Notes under the pieces: model-generated
The model's database searches: none
The model's input: the letters and a program-made list of their open reading frames with translations, nothing else
What the model was told of the DNA's origin: nothing
Program-made: the position numbers and the translations under genes
DNA from: Pseudomonadota bacterium
Lineage (GTDB): Bacteria > Pseudomonadota > Gammaproteobacteria > Burkholderiales > SG8-39
NCBI GenBank assembly: GCA_018241645.1
Contig: JAFEDL010000062.1
Coordinates: 1,112 to 65,111 of the forward strand
Direction of reading: 5' to 3'
DNA length: 64,000 bases
Shown: in pieces, positions 50,541-62,067 of the stretch
Position numbering within the stretch: the stretch's first letter is position 1
Layout: each line of letters opens with the position of its first letter

Positions 50541-50639
50541 ATGCCGTTGAGCCGCAACGCGAGGACCGGGCTGGTCCTGGCGGCCGTCGCGCTGGTGTTC
50601 TTCGCCGCCGTGATCGTCAAGTACTGGGTGTTCCGTTGA
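50541..50639 (+). CDS. cytochrome oxidase small assembly protein (32 aa)
   Basis: MPLSRNARTGLVLAAVALVFFAAVIVKYWVFR, a single TM segment between ctaD and ctaG. The stop overlaps the ctaG start. Confidence 0.65.
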   Translation: MPLSRNARTGLVLAAVALVFFAAVIVKYWVFR

Positions 50640-51190
50640 GCGCGACCCAGGGCAACCACGCGGCCGGCGACAACCGGCGCCTGCTGGTCAAGCTGTCGAT
50701 CGTCGCTTCGCTGATGTTCGGGTTCGGCTACGCGCTGGTCCCGTTCTACAAGCAGGTCTGCATCGCCCTCGGGCTCAACAGCCTGGAGCCCGTGGCGGTG
50801 GCGGGCACGGAAAACACGCAGGTGGACTACGCGCGCGACATCACCATCGAGTTCGACGCCAATGCGCACAACCTGCCCTGGCATTTCCGCGCCATGCAGA
50901 ACCACATCTCGGTGCATCCGGGCGAGTTGACGACGGTCGAGTACGAGGTGGTCAACCCGACGTCCGCGACGGTGACCGGGCAGGCCGTGCCGAGCTACGG
51001 ACCGCAACTGGCCGGGCAGTATTTCAGCAAGCTGGAGTGCTTCTGCTTTTCCAAGCAGACGTTCGCGCCGGGCGAGAAGCGCCGCATGCAGGTCGTCTTC
51101 CTCATCGACCCGAAACTGCCTGCGGACGTGCACACGATCACGCTGTCCTACACCTTCTTCGAGGTGGCGGGGATGGGAGGCAAGACGTGA
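50636..51190 (+). CDS. ctaG: cytochrome c oxidase assembly protein CtaG/Cox11
   Basis: TTG start. YALVPFYKQVC...FSKLECFCFSKQTFAPGE. Confidence 0.92.
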   Translation: MSATQGNHAAGDNRRLLVKLSIVASLMFGFGYALVPFYKQVCIALGLNSLEPVAVAGTENTQVDYARDITIEFDANAHNLPWHFRAMQNHISVHPGELTTVEYEVVNPTSATVTGQAVPSYGPQLAGQYFSKLECFCFSKQTFAPGEKRRMQVVFLIDPKLPADVHTITLSYTFFEVAGMGGKT

Positions 51191-51393
51191 TGGCGCAGGA
51201 CGTGCCGCCGAAGGCGTCGTTCCTGGCGGTCGCGAAGGCGGTGTTCTGGTCCTTCTTCGGCGTGCGCAGGAAGGCGGATTACGACCGGGACTCGGCCAGC
51301 ATCGGCCCGGTGCAGGTGATCGTCGCCGGGATCATCGGCGCGGTGCTGTTCATTCTGACGCTATTGATGGTGGTAAGGCTGGTCACCAGCTGA
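51190..51393 (+). CDS. DUF2970 domain-containing small membrane protein
   Basis: MAQDVPPKASFLAVAKAVFWSFFGVRRKADYDRD...IIGAVLFILTLLMVVRLV. ATG overlaps the ctaG stop. Confidence 0.7.
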   Translation: MAQDVPPKASFLAVAKAVFWSFFGVRRKADYDRDSASIGPVQVIVAGIIGAVLFILTLLMVVRLVTS

Positions 51394-51438
51394 CCGCTGC
51401 AGGAATTCTGCAAACAGGGAATACGGGAGAATACGAAA

Positions 51439-52305
51439 ATGTCGCAACATCCGACCGCACAAGGCACGCCGGCCTACTTCATACCGCAGCCGATGCCCTG
51501 GCCCATAATGGGATCGGTGGGCCTTTTCTGCATGGCGCTGGGCGCGATATTCGTGTTCAACGGCATGGGCGGGGGCTGGGTTTCGCTCGCGCTCGGCGTG
51601 ATGATCATCCTGTACATGCTGTACCGCTGGTTCGGGGACGTGATCCGCGAGTCCGAAACCAACATGTACTCCAAGAAGGTCGACATGTCGTTCCGCTGGG
51701 GGATGAGCTGGTTCATCTTCTCCGAAGTGATGTTCTTCGCCGGGTTCTTCGGCGCGCTGTTCTGGACGCGCGTCGTTTCGGTTCCGGATCTCGGCAGCCT
51801 GCTCCACAACGAAATCCTGTGGCCGGGCTTCGCGGCGCACTGGCCGTCCGCCGGGCCCGGGTTCGCGGAGAAATTCACCCCGATGGCCGCGTGGGGCCTG
51901 CCGGCGCTGAACACGCTGCTGCTGCTGTCCTCGGGCGTGACGATCACCATTGCGCACTGGGCCCTCAAGGAGAACAAGCGCGGCCTGCTGAACCTGTTCA
52001 TGTTCTTCACCGTTGCGCTGGGAGCGACCTTCCTGGTCTGCCAGGCGATCGAGTACGGCCATGGCTACTCGGAGCTGAACCTGAAGCTGTCGACGGGCGT
52101 GTACGGCTCCACGTTCTACATGCTGACGGGATTCCATGGTTTCCACGTGACGCTGGGCGCGATCATGCTGACGGTGATCCTCGCGCGCTGCCTGGCGGGC
52201 CATTTCAAGCCCGACCACCATTTCGCGTTCGAGGCAGTGGCCTGGTACTGGCACTTCGTGGACGTGGTGTGGCTCGGGCTGTTCATCTTCGTCTACTGGC
52301 TGTAG
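51439..52305 (+). CDS. coxC: cytochrome c oxidase subunit III
   Basis: FIFSEVMFFAGFF...STFYMLTGFHGFHVTLG...AWYWHFVDVVWL. Confidence 0.97.
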   Translation: MSQHPTAQGTPAYFIPQPMPWPIMGSVGLFCMALGAIFVFNGMGGGWVSLALGVMIILYMLYRWFGDVIRESETNMYSKKVDMSFRWGMSWFIFSEVMFFAGFFGALFWTRVVSVPDLGSLLHNEILWPGFAAHWPSAGPGFAEKFTPMAAWGLPALNTLLLLSSGVTITIAHWALKENKRGLLNLFMFFTVALGATFLVCQAIEYGHGYSELNLKLSTGVYGSTFYMLTGFHGFHVTLGAIMLTVILARCLAGHFKPDHHFAFEAVAWYWHFVDVVWLGLFIFVYWL

Positions 52306-52397
52306 GCGGTCGCCGGCCCGGTTTCGGACAACGAGGAGGAGGGTTCCACGCGAGCGCACCAAGACGCACGCCGGGAACCCCGGAGGTAGCAAGTCTT

Positions 52398-52428
52398 GAT
52401 GCCGCACCGAGGTGCGGCATCTTTTTTT
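52398..52428 (+). terminator. rho-independent terminator after coxC
   Basis: GATGCCGCA-CCGAGG-TGCGGCATC followed by TTTTTTT. Confidence 0.85.
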
Positions 52429-52434
52429 GCGCGC

Positions 52435-52635
52435 TCAGCCGCCTACGCGGCCGGGGATGAAACCAAAGTAGTAGCTGGCGATCAAAACGAGGAACAGGGC
52501 GACCGACAGCCCGACGCGAACGGCAAGCGCCTTGACGGCGCGCTTCGAGCCGGCCTCGTCGTGCATGACGAAATACAGACCGGAAAACAGGCTGCCGACG
52601 ATCAGCAGCAGCATCAGGATGACGACGTAACGCAT
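52435..52635 (-). CDS. twin transmembrane helix small protein (DUF2909/HIG1-like)
   Basis: ORF 52435..52674 trimmed to ATG 52635. MRYVVILMLLLIVGSLFSGLYF...VGLSVALFLVLIASYYFGF. Confidence 0.7.
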   Translation of the reverse strand: MRYVVILMLLLIVGSLFSGLYFVMHDEAGSKRAVKALAVRVGLSVALFLVLIASYYFGFIPGRVGG

Positions 52636-52673
52636 GGATGCAGTGTATCCGATGGGGCGGGGCCCTTCTAGCA

Positions 52674-53402
52674 ATGCCCGTTAGCGCATTGGGGTTCCGG
52701 TTTCGCCCGCGCTGGTGGGCGCTCCTGCTCGCGCTTGCCGCGTGCGCCGCGACCATTTCGCTGGGCAACTGGCAGGCGGGGCGCGCCGCCGAGAAGCGCG
52801 ACCTCGCGGCCCGCTTCGGCGAGGCCGGGCGGGCGGCGCCGGTTGCGGTCCCGGGCGACCCGGTGGCCCCCGAAGCACTGGTGTTCAAGCGCCTGTCCGC
52901 GAAGGGCGAGTTCGTGCCGAAATTCACCGTACTGATCGACAACAAGGTCTACAAGGGGCGCGCCGGCTACTTCGTCGTGACCCCGCTGCATCTATCCGGC
53001 AGCGCCCTGCATGTGCTGGTCAATCGCGGCTGGGTCCCGGGCGGCGCACGCCGGGAGGATCTCCCGGCAGTCAGGACGCCGGAAGGCGAAGTCGTGGTCG
53101 AGGGGCTGGGACTGGCGCGCGCGCAGCGCGTTCTCGCCGCCGGGGAGCGCGCCCCGGGCGCGCGCGTCTGGCAAAGCCTCACCAACGAAGAGTTCGCGCG
53201 CTGGTCCGGGCTTCCCTTGCAGCCGGTGTTCCTGGAGCAGCATTCGGCGCTGGACGACGGCCTGGTGCGCGACTGGCCGTCCCCGGATTTCGGCATCGAA
53301 ATGCATGAAAGCTACGCGATGCAGTGGTACCTGATCGCGGCCCTGTCGGCCGTGCTTTTCCTCACCCTGAGCCTCGAGCGCAATGGACCTACTGCCGGCT
53401 GA
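52674..53402 (+). CDS. SURF1 family cytochrome oxidase biogenesis protein
   Basis: ORF 52638..53402 trimmed to ATG 52674. LGNWQAGRAAEK...VLVNRGWVP...HESYAMQWY. Confidence 0.9.
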   Translation: MPVSALGFRFRPRWWALLLALAACAATISLGNWQAGRAAEKRDLAARFGEAGRAAPVAVPGDPVAPEALVFKRLSAKGEFVPKFTVLIDNKVYKGRAGYFVVTPLHLSGSALHVLVNRGWVPGGARREDLPAVRTPEGEVVVEGLGLARAQRVLAAGERAPGARVWQSLTNEEFARWSGLPLQPVFLEQHSALDDGLVRDWPSPDFGIEMHESYAMQWYLIAALSAVLFLTLSLERNGPTAG

Positions 53403-53970
53403 CCCCGTAAAGCGCGGGCGGATCAAACTGCTTGCGCTTGCGGCCTTCTTTGCCCTGCCCGTGTTCGCGGGATATGTGGTCTATTTCTTCGGCTGGGCCC
53501 CGGGAGGCGCAGCGAACTACGGCACGCTGCTCACGCCGCGCCCGCTGCCGGATGCGCAACTGCGCGGCGCCGATGCGCGCCCGCTCAGGATTTCCGAACT
53601 GCGCGGCAAGTGGCTGCTGGTGCAGTTCGATTCGGGCGCCTGCGACGCGTACTGCGAGCGCAAGCTGTATTTCATGCGCCAGGTCAGGAAGGCACTTGGC
53701 AAGGACATGACGCGCGTCGAACGCGTCTGGGTCGTCACCGACGAGCAGGCGCCTAAAGGCGCGCTGATCGAGGCCATCGACGCCACCCGGCTGGTGCGCA
53801 TGAACGGCAGGGAGTTCGGCGCCGAGTTTCCCGCCGACCGCTCCAACGTGGACCATATCTACCTCGTGGACCCGCTCGGCAACCTGATGATGCGTTTTCC
53901 GCGCGACCCGGATCCCTCGCGCATGCTCAAGGACATGCAGAGGCTGCTGAAGGCGTCGCAGATTGGATAA
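53383..53970 (+). CDS. membrane-anchored thioredoxin-fold protein with CxxxC motif (SCO-like, oxidase-cluster associated)
   Basis: TM anchor LLALAAFFALPVFAGYVVYFF. GKWLLVQFDSGACDAYCERKLYFMRQV contains C-D-A-Y-C. Located between the SURF1 and ctaA genes. Confidence 0.65.
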   Translation: MDLLPADPVKRGRIKLLALAAFFALPVFAGYVVYFFGWAPGGAANYGTLLTPRPLPDAQLRGADARPLRISELRGKWLLVQFDSGACDAYCERKLYFMRQVRKALGKDMTRVERVWVVTDEQAPKGALIEAIDATRLVRMNGREFGAEFPADRSNVDHIYLVDPLGNLMMRFPRDPDPSRMLKDMQRLLKASQIG

Positions 53971-55021
53971 GGATTCTCCCGGCACGTCCCGCGCGCAGGG
54001 TGCGTACCGGGCGCTCGTCTTCGCCGCCGCGTGCCTCACCTTGCTGGTCGTGGTCGTCGGCGCCTACGTGCGGCTTTCGGATGCGGGCCTCGGATGTCCC
54101 GACTGGCCGGGCTGCTACGGCAAGCTGACGCCGGCGCATGCCGAAGGGCAGATCGGGCGCGCGGTGCAGGAGCAGGGGGGCACGCACGGGCCGGTCTCCA
54201 TGCCCAAGGCCTGGAAGGAAATGGGACATCGTTACCTCGCGGGCACGCTGGGCCTGATGATCTTCGCCATAGCGGTCCTGGGGTGGATGTGGCGGGCCGC
54301 GTTGCGCCAGTCCCCGTGGCTGCCGACGGCGATCGTGCTGGTGGTCGGGGTCCAGGCCACGCTCGGCATGTGGACCGTGACCATGCTGCTCAAGCCCGCG
54401 ATCGTCACGGGTCACCTCGCGGGCGGGATGGCCACGCTGGCGCTGCTCGTCTGGCTTGCCTTGAAGCAATGGCCGTTCACGGCGGGCGCCGGCGCTCCCC
54501 GGGTGAAGGCGCAGCTCGGTTTCGCGCGTGTCGCCCTGTTCGTGCTGTGCGCACAGGTGCTGCTCGGCGGCTGGGTGAGCACCAACTACGCCGCGCTCGC
54601 CTGCCCGGACCTGCCGCTGTGCCGTGGTGCGGTCGTGCCGCCCATGGATTTCGCCAACGCGTTCCATGTGGTGCGCGAGCTCGGCATGACCCCCGACGGC
54701 AGCCTCCTTTCGGCCGAGGCCCTGACGGCCATCCACTGGACGCACCGGATGTTCGCGCTGCTCGTGGTCGCGACGCTCGGCTGCCTTGCGATGCGCCTGC
54801 TGCGCGATCCCGACCTGCGCCCGCTCGGCGGGCTCCTGGCCGGTGTGCTGGGTATGCAGTTTGCGCTCGGCCTCGCCAACGTGGCCTTCAGCCTCCCGTT
54901 GCCGCTCGCGGCGGCCCACAATGCCGGCGCGGCGCTGCTGCTGGCACTGCTGGTCGTGATAAACTACGTTTCTTTCCATGGACTTGCGCCGCGAAGTGGG
55001 GCGCAGATTCCGCCTCCCTGA
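53963..55021 (+). CDS. ctaA: heme A synthase (COX15/CtaA)
   Basis: TTG start. [18 protein letters not shown]...HRYLAG...IHWTHR. Confidence 0.9.
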   Translation: MDKDSPGTSRAQGAYRALVFAAACLTLLVVVVGAYVRLSDAGLGCPDWPGCYGKLTPAHAEGQIGRAVQEQGGTHGPVSMPKAWKEMGHRYLAGTLGLMIFAIAVLGWMWRAALRQSPWLPTAIVLVVGVQATLGMWTVTMLLKPAIVTGHLAGGMATLALLVWLALKQWPFTAGAGAPRVKAQLGFARVALFVLCAQVLLGGWVSTNYAALACPDLPLCRGAVVPPMDFANAFHVVRELGMTPDGSLLSAEALTAIHWTHRMFALLVVATLGCLAMRLLRDPDLRPLGGLLAGVLGMQFALGLANVAFSLPLPLAAAHNAGAALLLALLVVINYVSFHGLAPRSGAQIPPP

Positions 55022-55031
55022 TCCGCTGAAC

Positions 55032-55937
55032 GTGTCGACACAAGCCCTCACTCCCTCAGGACCGCGCTCGCTCGCGCAGAAGCTGCGCTCGTTCTACGCG
55101 CTGACCAAGCCGCGGGTCGTGTCGCTCATCGTGTTCACCGCGGTGATCGGCATGTTCCTCGCCACGCCCGGGATGGTCCCGCTGCAGATCCTGCTGGCCG
55201 CGACGTTCGGGATCGCGCTGGTGGCCGGGGCGGCCGCGGCGGTGAATTGCCTGGTGGAGCAGAAGATCGACGCGCTCATGCGCCGCACGAGCTGGCGGCC
55301 GCTGCCGCGCGGCGACCTGACCGCGCTGCAGACGCTGGTTTTCGCCGGCGCGGTCGGCGGGCTCGGGCTCTGGATGCTGAACACCTTCGTCAACCCGCTC
55401 ACGATGTGGCTCACGCTCGGCACGTTCGTCGGGTACGCCATCGTGTACACCGTCATCCTCAAGCCGGCGACCCCGCAGAACATCGTGATCGGCGGCGCCT
55501 CGGGCGCCATGCCGCCGGTGCTTGGCTGGGCCGCGGTGACCGGCGAGGTGACCACCGAGGCGATGATGCTGTTCCTGATCATCTACACCTGGACCCCGCC
55601 GCACTTCTGGGCGCTGGCGCTGTACCGCACCGAGGAGTACGCCAAGGCCGGGCTGCCCATGCTGCCGGTCACCCACGGCCAGAAGTTCACGCGGCTGCAT
55701 GTGCTGCTGTACACGCTCATCATGTTCGCCGCCTCGCTGCTGCCGTTCGTGATCCGCATGAACGGCTGGCTCTACCTGTCCGCGGCGCTGGTGCTGGGCG
55801 GGATCTTCATCGCCTACGCGGTGCGCATCTACGTCGATTACAGCGACCGGCTTGCGCAGAAGACCTTCCGCTACTCCATCCTCTACCTGTCGCTGCTGTT
55901 TGCGGCGTTGCTCGCCGACCACTACCTTGTGGCCTAG
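55032..55937 (+). CDS. cyoE: protoheme IX farnesyltransferase (heme O synthase)
   Basis: GTG 55032 just after the ctaA stop is preferred. ATG 54978 is an alternative that would overlap ctaA by 44 nt. [16 protein letters not shown]...[15 protein letters not shown]...[11 protein letters not shown]. Confidence 0.92.
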   Translation: MSTQALTPSGPRSLAQKLRSFYALTKPRVVSLIVFTAVIGMFLATPGMVPLQILLAATFGIALVAGAAAAVNCLVEQKIDALMRRTSWRPLPRGDLTALQTLVFAGAVGGLGLWMLNTFVNPLTMWLTLGTFVGYAIVYTVILKPATPQNIVIGGASGAMPPVLGWAAVTGEVTTEAMMLFLIIYTWTPPHFWALALYRTEEYAKAGLPMLPVTHGQKFTRLHVLLYTLIMFAASLLPFVIRMNGWLYLSAALVLGGIFIAYAVRIYVDYSDRLAQKTFRYSILYLSLLFAALLADHYLVA

Positions 55938-56517
55938 CTTCGTCAGGGTCCTGGCCGCGGTCGTGGCGGCCGCCGCACTGCTGGCCGGATGCGACGGCGG
56001 CGGGCCGAAGTTCAAGAACACCGACATCACCGGCGCCGACTACGCCAAGGGATTCGCGCTGACCGACCACACCGGCAAGCCGAGGACCCTCGAGGATTTC
56101 CGCGGCAAGGTGGTGGTGGTGTTCTTCGGCTACACGCATTGCCCCGACGTCTGCCCGACGACCCTGGCCGAGCTGAAGCAGGTGATGCAGGCGATCGGCC
56201 CGGACGCCGACAAGGTGCAGGTCGTGTTCATCACGCTCGACCCGGAACGCGACACCCAGCAGGTCCTCGCCCAGTACGTGCCGGCGTTCGATCCCCGCTT
56301 CCTCGGGATGTACGCGGACGCCGCGACGACCATGAAGACCGCCAAGGACTTCAAGGTCTTCTACGAGAAGCGCGCGGGCACCAGCCCCGGGAGCTATACG
56401 ATCGACCATACGGCGGCGAGCTTCGCGTTCGACCCGCAGGGACGCCTGCGGCTGTATGTGAAGACTGACTCGGTCGGCACGCTGGTCGACGACATCCGCA
56501 CCCTGCTGAAAGGGTAG
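55927..56517 (+). CDS. SCO family copper chaperone lipoprotein (Sco1/SenC)
   Basis: TTG 55927 gives (M)[21 protein letters not shown], a lipobox. [15 protein letters not shown] is the CxxxCP copper motif. The start is inferred. Confidence 0.88.
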   Translation: MWPSFVRVLAAVVAAAALLAGCDGGGPKFKNTDITGADYAKGFALTDHTGKPRTLEDFRGKVVVVFFGYTHCPDVCPTTLAELKQVMQAIGPDADKVQVVFITLDPERDTQQVLAQYVPAFDPRFLGMYADAATTMKTAKDFKVFYEKRAGTSPGSYTIDHTAASFAFDPQGRLRLYVKTDSVGTLVDDIRTLLKG

Positions 56518-56521
56518 GGGC

Positions 56522-56552
56522 GGAAACGAAAACGGCCGCGCGAAGCGGCCGT
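56522..56552 (-). terminator. rho-independent terminator downstream of rpoH
   Basis: ACGGCCGC-GCGAA-GCGGCCGT. On the minus strand it is followed by UUUUCGUUUCC. It lies between the convergent sco and rpoH genes. Confidence 0.7.
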
Positions 56553-56572
56553 CTCCAGGGCGGGATGCCGGG

Positions 56573-57439
56573 TCAGGCGGCGGCCGGCCCCATGAGCTTC
56601 CGCATCTTGTCGAGGGCCTTGGCTTCGATCTGGCGGATGCGCTCCGCGGACACCTTGAACTCGTCCGCGAGGTCGTGCAGCGTGAGCGGGTCTTTTTCCC
56701 GCAGCCAGCGCGTTTCGACGATCCGGCGGCTGCGCGCGTCGAGGCTCGCGAGCGCCTTGGCGAGTCCTTCGGCCTGGAGCCGCTCGGACTGCTCGGCTTC
56801 GAGGAGCCGCGACGGCTCCGCGTTGGCGTCGGCCGTAAGGTAGTTCGCCGGCGCGTAGGTCTCGTCGTCCTCGTCGGCCTCGAAGGTCATTTCCTGGCCG
56901 GCGAGGCGCATCTCCATCTCCGAGACCTCTTCGGGCTTGACGTTGAGTTCCTTCGCCATGCGGCCGACGTCCTCGGGGGAGAGCGTGCCCAGGCCCTGCT
57001 TCATCGAGCGCAGGTTGAAGAACAGCTTCCTCTGCGCCTTGGTGGTGGCGACTTTCACCATCCGCCAGTTGCGCAGGATGTACTCGTGGATCTCCGCCTT
57101 GATCCAGTGGATCGCGAACGACACCAGCCGCACCCCGCGCTCGGGGTCGTAGCGCTTCACGGCCTTCATGAGGCCGATGTTGCCTTCCTGGATCAGGTCG
57201 GCATGCGGCAGGCCGTAGCCCAGATACCCGCGCGCGACCGAGACCACCAGCCGCAGGTGGGACAGCACCAGACCGCGGGCCGCCTCGAGGTCCTCGGTAT
57301 CACGGTACCGCCGGGCGAGGTCCTGCTCCTGCTCCAGGCTGAGGAGCGGGAACCGGTTCACGGTCTGGATGTAAGTGTCCAAGCTCCCGGCCGGCATCGG
57401 CACCGGGAATTGCGCTGGCAGATTCATCGTGGCTTGCAT
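56573..57439 (-). CDS. rpoH: RNA polymerase sigma-32 factor RpoH
   Basis: ORF 56573..57586 trimmed to ATG 57439 (AGGAG upstream). HLRLVVSVARGY, DLIQEGNIGLMKAVKRYDP, and the RpoH box KAQRKLFFNLR. Confidence 0.95.
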   Translation of the reverse strand: MQATMNLPAQFPVPMPAGSLDTYIQTVNRFPLLSLEQEQDLARRYRDTEDLEAARGLVLSHLRLVVSVARGYLGYGLPHADLIQEGNIGLMKAVKRYDPERGVRLVSFAIHWIKAEIHEYILRNWRMVKVATTKAQRKLFFNLRSMKQGLGTLSPEDVGRMAKELNVKPEEVSEMEMRLAGQEMTFEADEDDETYAPANYLTADANAEPSRLLEAEQSERLQAEGLAKALASLDARSRRIVETRWLREKDPLTLHDLADEFKVSAERIRQIEAKALDKMRKLMGPAAA

Positions 57440-57462
57440 GTGGCGATATCTCCTGTAAGGAA

Positions 57463-57508
57463 ATTCTAGCACTCCAAGCATTAGAGTGCTAATCCGCCTC
57501 AAAGTTCC
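57463..57508 (-). promoter_or_regulatory. rpoH promoter region: sigmaE-type GGAACTT-N16-TCTAA plus a downstream sigma70-type TAGAAT -10
   Basis: Minus-strand reading gives GGAACTT (57508-57502), then TGAGGCGGATTAGCAC, then TCTAA (57485-57481). TAGAAT sits at 57468-57463. An 8-bp inverted repeat TAGCACTC-N9-GAGTGCTA (57467-57491) spans both. Confidence 0.5.
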
Positions 57509-57528
57509 GTTGGGTGCCGCACTGACCC

Positions 57529-58437
57529 CTACCGCGGCCCCATTCCACGTAAGTATACACTCACTGACAGGTACGCCCCGAGCCACCCTAGCAGGCTGGC
57601 GAACAATGCGACCGCCAGTGCGTCCCCCGGCGCCAGGAAGGTCAGGTGAAAGCTCGAGCCGTAGGTTTCCGCGAGGGTGCGGATCCCTTGGTTGAGCAGG
57701 GCGAGGCTACCGGCGAGCACGGCCAGCCCGACCATCCCCCCGGCCAGGCCCTGGATGGCGCCGAGGTAGTAGAACGGCCGCCGGATGAACCCGTCGGTCG
57801 CCCCGAGCAGCCGCGCGACTTCGATCTCTTCGCGCTGCGTGAGGACTTGCAGGCGGATGGTGTTGAACGTGACCGCCACCAGCCCGGCCGCCAGCAGCGC
57901 GGCCAGCAGCGCGATCCCGAGGCGGCCCACCCCGATCAGCGCCGACAGGCGTCGCGCCCACGCCGAGTCCGCCTGCACGTGGCCGACGCCGGGCAGCCTG
58001 CCCAGCTCGGCCGCCAGCGCTTCGAGCTGGTCGGGCGGGATATCCTTGAGCCTGATGACGAACGCATCGGGCAGCGGATTCTGGTTCAGGGCCGCGATGA
58101 CTTCGGCGATCCCTTCGGTCTTGCGCAATTCGGCCAGCGCTTCGTCGCGCGGTACGAAGCGCACCGCCGCCATGCGGGGGTCGTTCCTGAGGCGCTTCTC
58201 GAGTCCGTCCCGGTCGGCGGGCCTGGCGCCGGGCTCGAGGAACACGCTGAGCTGCGGCTCGAGCGAAAAGCGCGCGGCGATTCCCTGCAGGTTGCCGAGG
58301 ATCACGTAGCCCCCGGCCGGGAGCGCAAGCGCAATGCCGATCACGAGCACGTTCAGCAGGCTCGACGCGCGCTGCGCCGCGAGCTTGCGCAGGGCGCCCT
58401 TGAAGGCCTGCACGTGCTGGGAAAACCACGCGTTCAT
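57529..58437 (-). CDS. ftsX: cell division ABC transporter permease FtsX
   Basis: 302 aa, four TM segments. Periplasmic domain ([12 protein letters not shown]...) and conserved [20 protein letters not shown]. Confidence 0.93.
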   Translation of the reverse strand: MNAWFSQHVQAFKGALRKLAAQRASSLLNVLVIGIALALPAGGYVILGNLQGIAARFSLEPQLSVFLEPGARPADRDGLEKRLRNDPRMAAVRFVPRDEALAELRKTEGIAEVIAALNQNPLPDAFVIRLKDIPPDQLEALAAELGRLPGVGHVQADSAWARRLSALIGVGRLGIALLAALLAAGLVAVTFNTIRLQVLTQREEIEVARLLGATDGFIRRPFYYLGAIQGLAGGMVGLAVLAGSLALLNQGIRTLAETYGSSFHLTFLAPGDALAVALFASLLGWLGAYLSVSVYLRGMGPR

Positions 58438-59102
58438 TGCGGGTCGCCTCCCGCCACGAGTTCCCCCGCCTCGAGCCGCAGCACGCGCCCGCCCGAGCGT
58501 TCGATGAGCGCCATGTCGTGCGTCGCGATCAGCACCGTGACCCCGACCTGCTGGAACGAAACGAAGATCGCGATGATGGCCGCCGCCGAGTCGGCATCCA
58601 GGTTGGCCGTAGGCTCGTCCGCGATCAGGATGGCGGGCCGGTTCGCCACGGCGCGCGCGATCGCCACGCGCTGCTGTTCGCCGCCCGAGAGCTGGATCGG
58701 GTTGGCCTTTTCGCGGGAGAGCAGCCCGACCTTGTCCAGCGCGGCGCGAGCGCGCCTGGCCGCCTCCTTGGGTGCAAAGCCGCTGAAGGCCAGCGGCAAC
58801 AGGACATTGTCGATCACGCTTCGGTCGTAAAGCAGTTTCTGGTCCTGGAACACCAGGCCGAGGTTTCGCCTCAGGATGGGCACGGCCGCGGGCTTGATCG
58901 CGGAAACGTTCTGGCCGTTCACGACCACCGATCCGCTGGTGGGCCGCTCGATCGCCGGGATCAGCTTGAAGAGCGTCGACTTGCCCGCGCCGGAGCGCCC
59001 GGTCAGGAAGACGAGTTCGCCCGCGCCGATGGCGAAGCTCACGTTCCTCAGCGCCTCCTGCCCGCCCGGATAGCGCTTGGAGACATTGGAGAACTTAATC
59101 AA
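58434..59102 (-). CDS. ftsE: cell division ATP-binding protein FtsE
   Basis: TTG 59102 gives (M)[10 protein letters not shown] and 222 aa. GTG 59123 is an alternative start. Walker [10 protein letters not shown], signature LSGGEQQR, Walker B ILIADEPT. Confidence 0.93.
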   Translation of the reverse strand: MIKFSNVSKRYPGGQEALRNVSFAIGAGELVFLTGRSGAGKSTLFKLIPAIERPTSGSVVVNGQNVSAIKPAAVPILRRNLGLVFQDQKLLYDRSVIDNVLLPLAFSGFAPKEAARRARAALDKVGLLSREKANPIQLSGGEQQRVAIARAVANRPAILIADEPTANLDADSAAAIIAIFVSFQQVGVTVLIATHDMALIERSGGRVLRLEAGELVAGGDPQ

Positions 59103-60024
59103 CGAGCGCCTCGACGAAGTCACGCGCGCTGAACGGGCGCAGGTCGTCGATGCCCTCGCCCACGCCGATGAAATACAGGGGCACGGGACGGTTGAGCGCG
59201 ATCGCCGCGACGACGCCGCCCTTCGCGGTCCCGTCGAGCTTGGTGAGCACCAGGCCCGTGAGGCCGACCGCGTCGTCGAACGCCTTCACCTGATTCAGCG
59301 CGTTCTGGCCAGTGTTCGCGTCGAGCACGAGAATCACCTCGTGGGGAGCTTCCGGAATCACCTTGGCGATCACGCGTTTCACTTTGCGGATTTCCTCCAT
59401 CAGGTGCAGCTGGGTCGGCAGGCGGCCGGCGGTGTCGGCCAGCACGATGTCGGTCTTGCGCGCGATCGCCGCGCTCACCGCGTCGAAGATCACCGCGCTC
59501 GGGTCGCCCGATTGCTGCGCGACCACGGTGATGCCGTTGCGCTCCCCCCAGACCGCCAGCTGCTCGCGCGCGGCCGCACGGAACGTGTCGCCGGCCGCCA
59601 GCAGCACGCTCTTGCCTTGCGCCTGGAAGTACTTCGCCAGCTTGCCGATCGAGGTGGTCTTGCCTGCGCCGTTCACGCCGGCCACCATGATCACCAGGGG
59701 CTTTGCGCGCGCGATGTCGAAGGGCTTCTCGAGGGGGGACACCAGCCGGAGGAGTTCTTCCTTCAGCAGCGCCTTCAGGGCGATCGCCTCGGTCGCGCCT
59801 TCCTTGCGCACTCGGCCGCGCAGGGCCTCGAGCAGCCCGCGGGTAGCTTCCACGCCGCAGTCGGCGGACAGCAGTGCGGATTCGAGTTCCTCGTAGAGGG
59901 CCTCGTCGATCTTGCCGCGCGAGAACAGGCCGCCGATCGCCTCGCGGGTGCGCGACAGCCCGGACTTGAGCCGCGCGGTCCAGGACTGCTTTTCTTCGCT
60001 GGGTTTCTTTGAGAAGCCGAACAT
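59095..60024 (-). CDS. ftsY: signal recognition particle receptor FtsY (short form, no acidic A domain)
   Basis: NG domain: VIMVAGVNGAGKTTSIGKLA, DTAGR, TKLDGTAKGG. Confidence 0.95.
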   Translation of the reverse strand: MFGFSKKPSEEKQSWTARLKSGLSRTREAIGGLFSRGKIDEALYEELESALLSADCGVEATRGLLEALRGRVRKEGATEAIALKALLKEELLRLVSPLEKPFDIARAKPLVIMVAGVNGAGKTTSIGKLAKYFQAQGKSVLLAAGDTFRAAAREQLAVWGERNGITVVAQQSGDPSAVIFDAVSAAIARKTDIVLADTAGRLPTQLHLMEEIRKVKRVIAKVIPEAPHEVILVLDANTGQNALNQVKAFDDAVGLTGLVLTKLDGTAKGGVVAAIALNRPVPLYFIGVGEGIDDLRPFSARDFVEALVD

Positions 60025-60088
60025 GGGGGCCGGCGGCAGGGAAAGCCGCTAAGATGGGACTGCATTTTAGCAAACGCCCCCCACCACC

Positions 60089-61133
<1,045 letters not shown>

Positions 61134-61137
61134 AGAG

Positions 61138-61947
61138 CTATTTCTGGCAGCTCGGACAGTAGAAGGTCGCGCGCTGCCCCATGACGACACGGCGGATCGT
61201 CGTGCCGCACTTCCGGCACGGCTCGCCGGCCCGGTCGTAGACCCAGTAGTTCTGCTGCATGTAGCCCGAGCTGCCGTCGCTGTGCACGAAATCGCGCAGG
61301 CTCGAGCCGCCGGCGCGGATCGCCGATTTCAGCGTGTCCTTGATTTCGGCGACGAGCTTCGCGCAGCGCTCCTTCGACAGACGTCCGGCCTGGGTGCGAG
61401 GATTGATGCCGGCGCGGAACAGGCTCTCGTTCGCGTAGATGTTGCCGACGCCGACCACCTTCTTTGCATCCATGACGAACAGCTTGATTGCGACCCGGTG
61501 GCCGCGCGACAACGCATGCAGCAGCCCCGCGCTGAACGCCGCTGACAACGGCTCCACGCCGAGGCTGGCCAGCAGCTTGTGGCTGAGCACGTCGCCGGTG
61601 GCCCATAGGACCGCTCCGAAGCGGCGCGGGTCGCGCAGGCGCAGCACCTGGTTGCCCGCCCTCAGGTCGAAGTGGTCGTGCTTTCCCGGGGGCGTGCCGG
61701 GCCTGAGGATCCGCAGGCTGCCCGACATGCCCAGGTGCAGGATCAGGTGGCCGCTGCCGCAGTCGACGAGGATGTATTTCGCGCGCCGCTTGACCGATAC
61801 GATCTTCAGGCCTGTCAGCCTGCTGACTTCGGCCGGCACACGCCAGCGCAGCCGCGGCTCGCGCACCTCCACGCCGGCGATGGTCTGGCCGGTCAGGTGC
61901 GGGGCGATGCCGCGGCGCGTGATCTCGACTTCGGGGAGTTCGGGCAT
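61138..61947 (-). CDS. mutM: formamidopyrimidine-DNA glycosylase
   Basis: C-terminal part of the artefactual 876-aa ORF 61138..63768. MPELPEVE...zinc finger [25 protein letters not shown]. Confidence 0.96.
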   Translation of the reverse strand: MPELPEVEITRRGIAPHLTGQTIAGVEVREPRLRWRVPAEVSRLTGLKIVSVKRRAKYILVDCGSGHLILHLGMSGSLRILRPGTPPGKHDHFDLRAGNQVLRLRDPRRFGAVLWATGDVLSHKLLASLGVEPLSAAFSAGLLHALSRGHRVAIKLFVMDAKKVVGVGNIYANESLFRAGINPRTQAGRLSKERCAKLVAEIKDTLKSAIRAGGSSLRDFVHSDGSSGYMQQNYWVYDRAGEPCRKCGTTIRRVVMGQRATFYCPSCQK

Positions 61948-62067
61948 TCGCGAGAACTTAAGGGTGGGCCCGCGGTCGAACGCAGGCAGGTTGAGTCGGC
62001 CGCGCGGGTTCGAAACCGCAGTTGTACCTGAAGTTGCGCCTTGTGCGGAGCGGCGAATATACCTAAT

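Noticed and set aside
58595-58615. Partial third copy (CAGGTTGGCCG) of the 15-mer repeat, inside ftsE.
   Set aside because: It is only an 11-nt match within a conserved coding region, which is compatible with chance in high-GC sequence.
62004-62019. GCGGGTTCGAAACCGC, which resembles a tRNA T-arm (GGTTCGAA).
   Set aside because: No complementary acceptor stem, D-arm or anticodon arm can be built from the flanking 80 nt. It is probably a chance hairpin in the mutM/TPR divergent promoter region.
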